Part shown: positions 1 through 9,401 of the stretch, in pieces
Layout of the letters: every line of letters begins with the position of its first letter
How positions within the stretch are numbered: position 1 is the stretch's first letter
Assembly: GCA_043228905.1 (NCBI GenBank)
Contig: JBHGNT010000004.1
Span: 1,798,001-1,862,000, forward strand
DNA: 64,000 nucleotides
Direction of reading: 5' to 3'
Origin: Azolla caroliniana
Lineage: Eukaryota; Plantae; Polypodiophyta
Program-made: the position numbers and the translations under genes
Notes under the pieces: model-generated
Told to the model about the DNA's origin: nothing
Seen by the model: the letters and a program-made list of their open reading frames with translations, nothing else
Databases searched by the model: none

Positions 1-3000
1 CCTCACGGCCGCCGAACAATCAACGAAGACGGAGCCAGTCACGGGATAACCGAATCTGCAACTATTGCAAGAAACCCGGACACATCAAAGCCGACTGCCG
101 CACACTCAAGAACAAGAACAACAAGAAGAGTGGCCGGCATGAGGAGATCAATTACGTCAGCTTCTCAGCTGATGTGCTACCAGACGACCCGAATATACTA
201 TCAATCGAAAATCCAGTCGGATCAGAAGTTCTACTCACGACTGAAGAATCGAGCACATGGCTCTTAGATTCGGGCGCGTCATTTCACGTGACTCCTCATC
301 GATCCCAATTTCGGCAATATACGATCCGTCACTCCGACTCAGTTCGAGTCGGCAACTCACAACACTGTGACATCATCGGAATCGGCACAGTAGAGCTCAA
401 CCTTGCAGGTGGCTCTACACTTGTACTCCACAATGTCCGACATGTACCCGAGCTCTCAAGGCCATTGATCTCAGTCGGACAACTAGATGAAGACGGCATT
501 CGTGCCGGTTTTTCTTCGGGAGGGTGGACACTCCACAGGGGGAACCTCCTGCTTGCTAGAGGACCCAAGATACACTCCCTGTATCCGTTACATGTTACGC
601 TCAGAGAGGGTAACCTGTTTTTGGTGGATATTCCTGTGTCATCACTATGGCACAGAAGATTAGGACACCTCAGCAAGGCCGGCATCACGCACCTATCTAG
701 AGCCGGATACATCCCCAAACTCTCCTTCTCCGACCATCAATTCTGCGAGCATTGCCAGTATGGCAAACAAGTAGCCGCATCACACCCGACATCAGCACCA
801 AGAGAAACGAGACCTCTCGATTTAGTCCACTCGGACGTCTGTGGCCCAATGCCGCATCAGTCTCTAGGCGGTGCCTCTTACTTCGTCACTTTTATTGACG
901 ATTCGACTCGAAAGGTGTGGGCTTATCCGATTCGCACCAAAGATCGGGTCTTCTCGATCTTCTCAGACTGGCTCGCTATGGTAGAAAATCAAACCGACCG
1001 AAAGCTGAAATGCTTTCGGACAGACAATGGGGGAGAGTTCAAATCAGAAGAATTCGTCAAATTCTGCCAACAACACGGCATCCGACGTGAATTTACGGCA
1101 CCACACAGTCCGGAGCAAAACGGGATTGCCGAACGCATGAATCGGACAATCCAAGAACGGATAGTTTCCATGCTCCAACACTCCGGACTGTCGGATGGCT
1201 TCTGGGCAGAGGCTCTACTCACGGCAGTACACATAATCAATATGTCGCCAAGTAGACCTCTAGGACTTCAAATTCCTCAGGAACTATGGATCGGCAGTAA
1301 GCCGAATTACGACAAGTTGAGGATCTTCGGATGCGAGGCGTACGCCCTCATTCCGAAAGATGATCGCCGAAAACTTGCACCTCGGTCCAGGAAATGCATT
1401 TTCCTCGGATATGGATCCGACGGCGAAATGGGATACCGACTCTGGGATCCCGAACGCAGACAAATCGTCCGAAGTTCGGACGTTGTGTTCAACGAGTCGG
1501 CTATGAATCCATCAGTCGAAAAACCAATCGAAGTCCGAAGGGTAACATTTTCCGATGTGCCGACCCTTCAAGAAGGCCCCGCTCTCAACACACGGTCAGC
1601 TTCACGGGTAGCTGAACCTTACACTACCGACTCGGACAACTCCGACTCGGCACAGCAGAACAATCCGCTTTCGGACCATCCGACCTCGATACCCGATGCG
1701 ACCAGTCCAATCATACCTCGACGATCCGAGAGACTGTCGCAACCTCCGGAGAGGTACTCTCCTGGAATTTTCTTCACCGACGCCGGCGAACCGACGTCTT
1801 ACGAAGAAGCTTCGACATCTGTCGATTCAGCCACCTGGCATCTGGCGATGGAGTCGGAAATGCACTCCATTCGGGCAAACAAGACTTGGGATCTGGTCGA
1901 ATTACCCAGGAACCGACGTGCTCTTCCTTGCAAGTGGGTTTATCGACTAAAAGAGACGTCTGATTCGACCACCCCAAAGTACAAGGCCAGATTAGTTGCG
2001 AAGGGCTTCCGACAAGAATATGGCGTCGACTTTGACGAGATTTTTTCACCAGTGGTGAAAATGACAACCCTTCGTTTTCTACTCGGCGTAGTGGCAGCCG
2101 ACAACTTGGAGCTGATTCAGCTAGATGTCAAAACAGCCTTCCTCCATGGTGATCTCGAGGAGGAAATTTATATGGAGCAGCCAAAAGGCTTCGTGACAAC
2201 TGGCCAAGAACATCTAGTCTGTCGACTCAGGAAGAGTCTATACGGCCTCAAACAGGCACCACGACAATGGTACAAGAAGTTCGACGACTTCATCCAATCG
2301 ATCGGCTTCTCCAAAAGCGATGAGGACCATTGTCTCTTTACCAACACAGCTCAAGATGGATCACCCATCTTCCTCATCATTTACGTGGACGACATGCTAA
2401 TTTCTGGACGCCACGCGGGCGAACTTGCCGATCTCGTTCGGCAACTGCGGTTGAAGTTTGCCATGAAGGACCTCGGTCCGGCACGACACATACTCGGCAT
2501 GAAGATTAGTCGGCATCGCGATAAACGACATCTTTTTTTGTCTCAGACCGACTACATCGGACGTGTCTTGGAACGCTTCAACATGCAATCAGCCAAATCT
2601 GCTTCAACCCCGCTCCCCATGAATCTTCGGCTCTCTCAGCGAGACTGCCCGACATCCGGTCCGGAGGGGGAAGATATGAAGTCGGTACCGTATGCACCGG
2701 CAGTCGGCTCCCTTATGTACCTGATGGTCGCGACACGGCCTGATATTTCTCACGCCGTAGGAGTCGTTAGCAGATTTATGCACAATCCTGGCCGATCGCA
2801 TTGGAACGCAGTCAAGCATGTGTTCAGATATCTGGCTGGCACAAAAGACCACGGCATTCTTTTCGGTCCGAACCGAACCTCAGGCGTAGTCGGTTACACC
2901 GACTCGGACTTCGCCGGCTGTATAGACAGTCGGAAATCAACAACCGGATACTGCTTCAAATTCGGCAATGGAGCAATCTCGTGGAAGTCGAAACTTCAGG

Positions 3001-3365
3001 AGTGCACAGCGACCTCAACGACCGAAGCAGAATATGTAGCTGCGTCCGACGCAGCAAAAGAAGCTTTGTGGCTCGGTCGGCTGGCGCACACGTTTCGACA
3101 AGTCGACCATGACTCAGCTCCAGTTGTCTACAGCGACAGTCAAGGTGTTGTTGCCCTGTCGAAAAATCCGGTTCACCACAACGCCTCCAAACATATCGAC
3201 GTTCGATATCACTTCGTTCGGGACTGCGTCATTTCAGGGAAAATCGGTCTAGAGAAAATATCCACAACCGACAATGTCGCAGATGGAATGACCAAGTGTC
3301 TTTCGGCAGACCGTTTTCGGTCTCTTCGGCATCAGATGGGCGTAACGACAAACCAGTCCGGTTAG
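1..3365 (+). CDS. Ty1/copia gag-pol polyprotein (5' end outside window)
   Basis: Uninterrupted frame with the copia domain order: zinc knuckle CNYCKKPGHIKADC (~56-97), protease WLLDSGAS, LWHRRLGH..CEHC, integrase (HSDVCGP, TDNGGEF, NGIAERMNRT), RT (YKARLVAKG, IYVDDM), RNase H (TDSDFAG, TEAEYVA, SKHIDVRYH, ADGMTK). Confidence 0.97.
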   Translation, partial: SRPPNNQRRRSQSRDNRICNYCKKPGHIKADCRTLKNKNNKKSGRHEEINYVSFSADVLPDDPNILSIENPVGSEVLLTTEESSTWLLDSGASFHVTPHRSQFRQYTIRHSDSVRVGNSQHCDIIGIGTVELNLAGGSTLVLHNVRHVPELSRPLISVGQLDEDGIRAGFSSGGWTLHRGNLLLARGPKIHSLYPLHVTLREGNLFLVDIPVSSLWHRRLGHLSKAGITHLSRAGYIPKLSFSDHQFCEHCQYGKQVAASHPTSAPRETRPLDLVHSDVCGPMPHQSLGGASYFVTFIDDSTRKVWAYPIRTKDRVFSIFSDWLAMVENQTDRKLKCFRTDNGGEFKSEEFVKFCQQHGIRREFTAPHSPEQNGIAERMNRTIQERIVSMLQHSGLSDGFWAEALLTAVHIINMSPSRPLGLQIPQELWIGSKPNYDKLRIFGCEAYALIPKDDRRKLAPRSRKCIFLGYGSDGEMGYRLWDPERRQIVRSSDVVFNESAMNPSVEKPIEVRRVTFSDVPTLQEGPALNTRSASRVAEPYTTDSDNSDSAQQNNPLSDHPTSIPDATSPIIPRRSERLSQPPERYSPGIFFTDAGEPTSYEEASTSVDSATWHLAMESEMHSIRANKTWDLVELPRNRRALPCKWVYRLKETSDSTTPKYKARLVAKGFRQEYGVDFDEIFSPVVKMTTLRFLLGVVAADNLELIQLDVKTAFLHGDLEEEIYMEQPKGFVTTGQEHLVCRLRKSLYGLKQAPRQWYKKFDDFIQSIGFSKSDEDHCLFTNTAQDGSPIFLIIYVDDMLISGRHAGELADLVRQLRLKFAMKDLGPARHILGMKISRHRDKRHLFLSQTDYIGRVLERFNMQSAKSASTPLPMNLRLSQRDCPTSGPEGEDMKSVPYAPAVGSLMYLMVATRPDISHAVGVVSRFMHNPGRSHWNAVKHVFRYLAGTKDHGILFGPNRTSGVVGYTDSDFAGCIDSRKSTTGYCFKFGNGAISWKSKLQECTATSTTEAEYVAASDAAKEALWLGRLAHTFRQVDHDSAPVVYSDSQGVVALSKNPVHHNASKHIDVRYHFVRDCVISGKIGLEKISTTDNVADGMTKCLSADRFRSLRHQMGVTTNQSG

Positions 3366-3558
3366 AGCCGGACACAGAGCAGGATGGTTCCCGACAACCG
3401 ACATCAGTTCCTTAATGATCGGCTTCAACTGTTCCGACCCGACCAGTTCGGTCTTCTGCTTTCGGACCCTGCCGACTCGAACAAAGCTGAGATGTCCGAG
3501 AACCCAAGTCTATACCTGTAATCTTAGATAACCCATGTATACGCCCATTACGGGGGAG

Positions 3559-3840
3559 TGTCGAATACATGTGTATAATGGACGTATTCACACTATCCCG
3601 TTTTGGCCATTTATGTAATTAGCATAAAGGGTAGTTGCCCTAAGTCAGTCACTATATATAGTGACCTTGTAACCTTTTTGTAAGGTTGGGTGTTGTATTA
3701 TTACTTTGTGGAATAAGAAGTCTTTTGTGCCTCTCTCTCTCTCTCTCTCTCTGTGCACGACCTACAATCTGTCATACGCAGGTAATCAGCACGAATCGAA
3801 TGCTTCTTGATCTTCCGCATTGACGACATTGTCTCCAACA
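3559..3840 (+). repeat. 3' LTR of copia element 1 (~282 bp)
   Basis: Starts TGTCGAA directly after the PPT and ends CTCCAACA. Contains a TATATATA box (~3653) and a (CT)n tract. The 5' LTR is not in the window, so the right boundary is inferred. Confidence 0.8.
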
Positions 3841-5788
3841 CATACCCTCGTCCATTGTTTGGCATTGCCTGTGTCGTACTCCGGTTCATTCCACGCATTG
3901 TCGGCCCCTTTCCCTGCCAGATCGTGCATCGCGGCTCATCCGCATACCAATGTCCTCCGCATCCGAGGAACACCCCGTAGTAGCCCGATTGGCCCTTCCC
4001 GTTTTCGTGTTGCTGCAACAGGTCTTGAGTCTTCCGCTTGCCGTCGTCCCCACGCCCCCACCAGCTTGTCACCCGGGCTTGCCGTGTCAGTCTTCACTAC
4101 TTCGACGGAGCTACTGAGATTTACGAAACGAGTGTGGAGGATCCTCCTCCGGCCTCTATTGCCATCCCCTGACTCCGACCCTGTGTAGTCCACTATGTAC
4201 CCGTCCTCTCGTTCCCGGCACCTCCCTTGTGCTGTCTTCCGCTTCCTTTGTTCGGCACCGGCCGTGCCGAACACCGTCCCGTAGTCACGCCTCGATCCGG
4301 CCCATGATGGCCACTTGCAAGACTCTTGTTCCGTCCCAGGTGTGCCTTTCCGGCCCGACACACCTCCCTGTGTTTGCCCCTATTGGCTCCTTCCGTAACC
4401 GGCCTGTAAGGGTTTCGCACTTCGTCCGCCCCCGTCTTACCGACTCCCGATCTGCTATCTCGTGTCGTCGGGTCCCGTTCCCTGTCGCCACCGTCCTTCT
4501 CCCTAGGTCTCACGCCGACTCCCGTTAGCCGGCTGCCGGAGTCTCCGGATCGGTGTGAGGGTCCCATAGGACCGAACTCCGTTTCTCTGCTTGCCGAAAT
4601 TCGGGTGTTTTCTGTCGGAGTCCTTCGCGACTCTCCTCGTGTCTTCCGCGTTGCCGGGTCCCGCCTTCGTGTTGCCGGGTCCCGTTTCCCGCCGCCACCA
4701 ACCTTCTCTCTCGGTCTCATGTTGCCATGTTGGCCGAACTGCCGGAGTCTCTGGTTCGGTGTGGGGATCCCGTAGGACCGGACTTCCTTATGCCTACTGA
4801 CCTTGCCGGAAGATCTAAGATGGTCCGTAGCCGCCTCGCCGGCCTCAAACCTCCTTGCCGTTCGTCGCTTCCTGTCGTCTGATAACGTTCATCTGCCGCC
4901 ACCGATCTCTCCTATAGGACTCACGGCCGACCGCCGGATTGGTGTGAGGATCTTCGTGGGACCACCCATTCGTAGCCCTTTGCCTTCGTCCCCTCACTAC
5001 CACCAATCGTCACTCTAGGTCTCACGCCGGCTCTCGGGCCGACCACCGGAGTCTCCTGATCCGGTGTGAAGGATCCTCCTCGGGCTCGCCGTATCCTTGA
5101 CCCTTATCCCGGGTCTTCCTTCTTTCGCAAGTCGAGAGGGTGGCTCGCTCCACACCCTCTCCTGTGGTACCGACGTACCGTGTTCCCGGCCTCTTCGTAG
5201 GCCTGCTCTCTTCCTCCCTCCCGAAATGGTTTTCCGGAAGTCCGCTCCGCTCGGTTCTCGTCCAGGTCCGTCCGTCATTCTCGGGATTGCCGGGTCCCAT
5301 TCTCCTATCGCCACTGATCTCTCCTATAAGACTCACGCCGGCACTTGGGCCGACAGCCGGATCAGTGTAAGGAACTCCGTAGGACCGGCCTTCATTCTCC
5401 TGTACTTCTGCCGAACTCGTCGTCGCTCTCCTTGCTGCTTTCCCGCCTCAATCTTCCTTCTCTTTGGTCTTACGTTGCCACGTCGGCGGAACAGCCGAAG
5501 TCTCCGTATAGGATGTGGCGTAGCTGATTTCTCAACGTCTTTCGGCAACTCGTCCGGGCCACCGCCCCTTTTAGTGGTGTCGGTGGATAGCATCCGCTCC
5601 GTGAACAATCAAGCGCCACCTGAGCTTGATTCTCCAATGTCCGGAGTTTCGGCTCCGATGCCTACCTTGCCAGACTCGTTCCAAACCTTTGATCACCTTC
5701 CTTCCAATTCCCGACCTTCGCCCGATCGGTCTTTCTCCCCATGTAAAAGAGGGCGGCTCGTCCCGCACCCTCTCCCGTATCGGCACCT

Positions 5789-7216
5789 TTATGCCGAATT
5801 CGGCCCCGACCGAACAATCCACGACCGGATTACGCTCCACCCGTATCGGAGCATCGCGCAGTTCGGTCCCCGGTCGGGTCGTTCCTTGGTCTCTTCGTCG
5901 ACCTTGTCACTGGCCATCTCCCATCCATCTTCGTTGGCATCGTGCCAGGACTCCTCGGTACCGCCATCCATCTCCTCGGTCTTACATGGGCATATGGGCC
6001 CGAATGCCGAGATCTCCGGAATCGGGTCCAGGGGCTTTCGTCCGCTCCTTCCCCGTATCGTCTCGCCGGTGATTCTTGGTCTCTCGCTGCCGCCTTCCTC
6101 CGCTTGGGAATCACGTGGGCACTTGGGCCCGACTACCATTGTCTCGGGAGCAAGTGTGGGAAGGCTCAAAGAATCGCTCGTCCCGTTTACGCCCTTGTCC
6201 GTAGCCACCGGCTCTTCATGGTCGGCGGTCGTCTCCTTACTGATCGCGTAAGCCCCGCCTGGGCTTGCTTCTCCGATGTCCGAGGTTTCGGGCTGACATG
6301 CCCGAAACTGTTGGTCCCAACGTTCCAATCCCGCGAGAGGTATCTCGCCCTCCTCCTTAGCCGTTCTATCTCCGCAAGACGAGAGGGCGTTTTGTTCCGC
6401 AGCCTCTCCTGTGGTACCGTGGTACCGATCTTCCGCCATCGCGCGGGGCAAGTCCGTCTCCTCAGTCTTGGCTTGCGGCCTCAATCTTTCCTCTTCCTCG
6501 AGCATCGCCTCGAGAGCTGCGTACGCCTCCGCAATCCTGGCCCCAACGCCGACCCTTGCCGAATCTCTTTGTCGTTCGGCCTCTTCCCGCTGTGATGGCA
6601 CGCCGTCGCGCCCCTTCCTCTTAGCCTTCTCGGCTCGCTCGTTATCTAGCCGTTGGCACATCCTTCCGACCTTCGACCAGTCCTTCGTAAGCCCATTCTC
6701 TCCGTCGTTCTCTTTGAGCTCAATCCCGATGGCCTCCCGTTCCGCTCGGTCGATCGACCTGACGAACAATAGGACTTTGTCCGCCCCCACCAAACCTTGT
6801 TCCCGCTCCGGAAGCCGAGCAAGCCGTCACTCGAACTCTTGGAACGCCTTCGTTGCACCCCGGTGGGTTTTTGCCGATGCTACCCACTGGTTGAAGTCGT
6901 GCCGTCCCCGGCTCTTCCGCCGTCCTCCATATGCCTGCAGGAGCGCCTCTTCAAAGGCCTCCCATGAACTATGAGCTTCTCGGAGCTCCTTCACCTCCGC
7001 GTGCATACGAACGGCGACAACCCGACAGAAGAACTCCAGCCTAACCGCTTCGTCCACGTCTCGCTCCTCCATTTCCACGTTGTAGGCTTCCAAGTAAGAT
7101 GGGACTTTGTCCCCGTTGAAACGGCCGACTCTTTCGACCACTCGCTCAACCGCTTGTTGCGCTGCTTCTCGCCTCATCACCACTCGTGTCGACTCCAACA
7201 CCACTTCGGCCACCAT
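5789..7216 (-). pseudogene. Retrotransposon gag-like protein with one in-frame stop
   Basis: GRFNGDKVPSYLEAY...SWEAFEEALLQAY...FNQWV...DKVLLFVRSID resembles gypsy capsid gag. ORFs 6827-7315 and 5789-6793 are in the same frame, separated by a TGA at 6827-6829. Confidence 0.7.
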
Positions 7217-7273
7217 CTCCGCGAGGTCGTCGTCATCCGATCCCAACCTCCCTTGCCGCCCTTCACGCAAATA

Positions 7274-8030
7274 TGTCGCGTTGTTACGCGCGTGCGTGTA
7301 GAAAGGCGGGACCATGGGGGTCCTGGACTAGGGAGTGACGGAGCGCAGGAAGTCGTGCTTCACCCTCTCCGGGGCACCCCAGGAGCACACCGGAAGCAAC
7401 CGAATGAGAGAGAGAAAGAGAGGGAGACAGAGAGGGAGCGCGCACTTGACGCCGACTCACACACACACACACACATGCCGACCCGACTCACGCCCTTATG
7501 TGTAGGAACGCAGGAAAGGGGAAGCACCCGACACCAACAGAGACACACATATACACAGACAAACGCAAATGTATGTATTACAAGGGAAAGAATACAACCC
7601 CCGGCTTCGAGCAAGACCAACCTAGGGTAGGTTACAACAGCAGTCTGCAGTCAAGCCACCGTCCGGGGAGCTCTCGGGCTCGTCACGTAGAGCGGGGTCT
7701 TGCACAGGAGACCGAACAGGAACAACCCTCCACAGTCCACCCACACCGCGAAGAAGAGGAAGAAGAAGTAGAAGAACTAACCCTAAATCTAACGGTATAC
7801 CCTCTAACACAAAATGGGCAACCCCTCTACAAGGGACCATCCCTTCCTTTTATAGAACAAGGAGAGGGATGCGTTACAATGTGGGATAAATCCCGATTTA
7901 CATAGGATTCTTCGTCTCGACTTGACTCCTATTATTCACACAATTACATGAGGGTGAGTGCACATGGTGCACCCCGCCGATGTAGCCAATATTTCCCGGT
8001 TTCCGCCTCTGGACGAAATTCTTCACGACA
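7274..8030 (-). repeat. 5' LTR of element 2 (~757 bp)
   Basis: Minus strand begins TGTCGTGAAG and ends TGGTCCCGCCTTTCTACACGCACGCGCGTAACAACGCGACA, matching both ends of the solo LTR. CTATAAAAGG TATA box near 7850. Confidence 0.85.
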
Positions 8031-8683
8031 CCGTTTCTCATTGCAGGCTGGTCCGGAGTTGGGACGAAGCTTCTGGTTCCGGTTCAATGGTGTGGAGACA
8101 AGTCGGCATTCTGTCATGCCGAACTTGTACAGCATATTCAAGACATAATGTCGTTGTGAGAGTAATATGTCGTAGGGGGTTCGGATCACCTAGATCCCAA
8201 GAAAATAATGAAGGTCCCCTAGGTTCTTCATCTCAAATGCGTCCAACAATAGGGACTTGACACGGTTGATTTCTAGAACACCTGGTCTGGTGATGACTAA
8301 ATCATCAACATACAGCAGTATACATACCAGACCAGCTAAGCCTTGCCGGATGAACAATGAAGAGTCCGATTTGGAGGCCACAAACCCCATCTTACGCAAC
8401 CGATGCATGATCTTTGCATTCCAAGCTCGAGGGCCTTACTTCAGGCCGTACAACGACTTCTTCAGCCGGCATATCGCCGACTTGTTCATCTCCGATTGAA
8501 AACCGAGAGGTTGAGTCATAAAGACTTCTTCTTCAAGATCACCTTGAAGAAATTCATTCTTCACATCCATCTGATGAAGATGCCACCCCCTTGCCGCAGC
8601 AACCGCTAGCACCACACGAACCGTCGTCATCTTCACTACCGGAGTGAAGGTCTCGTCGTAGTCGATTCCGTGGGTTTGCGCGT

Positions 8684-9401
8684 TGTCGTGAAGATTTTCT
8701 TCCACGAGCGGAAACCCGAGCAACGAGAGCCAAAGAGCGATGTGCAACATTGCACACGTACATAATGTATTTGTAATAATAATAGGGGAAAAGGGTATGG
8801 TGCTAGAAATGCCCCATAAGATCCCTAAGGTATAAAGGCGATGTGGTCTTGTGCGCACATCCACGCGAGAGAGAGAGAGAGGTACTATGCGGTACATAGG
8901 TACCTAGTTGTTTGTGAGGAGGTGGGAGTTAAGGGGCCATCAATCTCACCCTCCCCCAAATCAAGGCAAATATCCCCTTTGAATGAAAGGGGATATTTTA
9001 GTCTCGTTTTTGTAAACTGTCTTCCCTCCTTGTGCTATAAAAGGAGAGGGAAGGCACCATTGTGAGGGTTGCCTATTTTGAGTGTGCGAGGTATACCACA
9101 TAGGTCGAGCGTTAGGGTTAGGGTTAGGGTTTCTTTGTCTTTTCTTCATCTTCGTCGGTTAGGGTTTCGAGTAGTTTTGGTGCAGCCTACGCAGCCACCG
9201 TTTTGTAATCGTTCATTTCGTTTTAATACATCTTGTTGATCATCTTGTCTCCATCTTCCTCTTGTTCGATCTAATCTCTTGTTCATTCTTCTTCTTCTTG
9301 AGTAAAGCTTCCATTCCGTGTCTGATTCCTTCTCCTCTACTCCTTAGTCCAAGACCCTCGTGGTCCCGCCCTTCTCCACGCACGCGCGTAGCAACGCGAC
9401 A
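8684..9401 (+). mobile_element. Solo LTR (718 bp) of the element-2 family
   Basis: TGTCGTG...CGCGACA termini flanked by GCGT (8680-8683 and 9402-9405). Removing it and one TSD restores the copia RT frame [18 protein letters not shown] on the minus strand. Confidence 0.92.

Larger units (their letters stand above)
1..3840 (+). mobile_element. Ty1/copia LTR retrotransposon (element 1), 3' portion
   Basis: The pol ORF is followed by a polypurine tract GGGGGAG (3552-3558) and a TG...CA bounded 3' LTR. Sequence right of 3840 belongs to the minus-strand gypsy-like element. Confidence 0.93.
3841..8030 (-). mobile_element. Ty3/gypsy-like LTR element (element 2): 5' LTR, gag and repetitive downstream region, interrupted by copia element 1
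   Basis: LTR 7274-8030 has TGTCG...CGACA termini and is homologous to the solo LTR at 8684-9401. A gag-like ORF follows. The element interrupts the RT of copia element 4 right after ...NSGPACNEKR. No pol is visible in the window. Confidence 0.8.

Noticed and set aside
4490-5530. CRISPR-like repeat-spacer array
   Set aside because: The repeats are long, degenerate and irregularly spaced inside a eukaryotic retroelement, with no cas genes.
6827-6829. Programmed stop readthrough in gag
   Set aside because: The stop lies mid-capsid and is simply explained by a CGA>TGA methylation transition; no readthrough context seen.
5097-6974. Long plus-strand ORFs (384, 217 and 187 aa)
   Set aside because: Antisense to the GC-rich gag region, with no recognisable domain.
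9111-9131. (TTAGGG)3 and the AAACCCTA clusters at ~18720-18890 and ~33950-34260 as telomeric or telomerase-RNA sequence
   Set aside because: Too short and degenerate; telo-box-like motifs are common in plant LTRs and repeats, and no USE/TATA promoter is associated.
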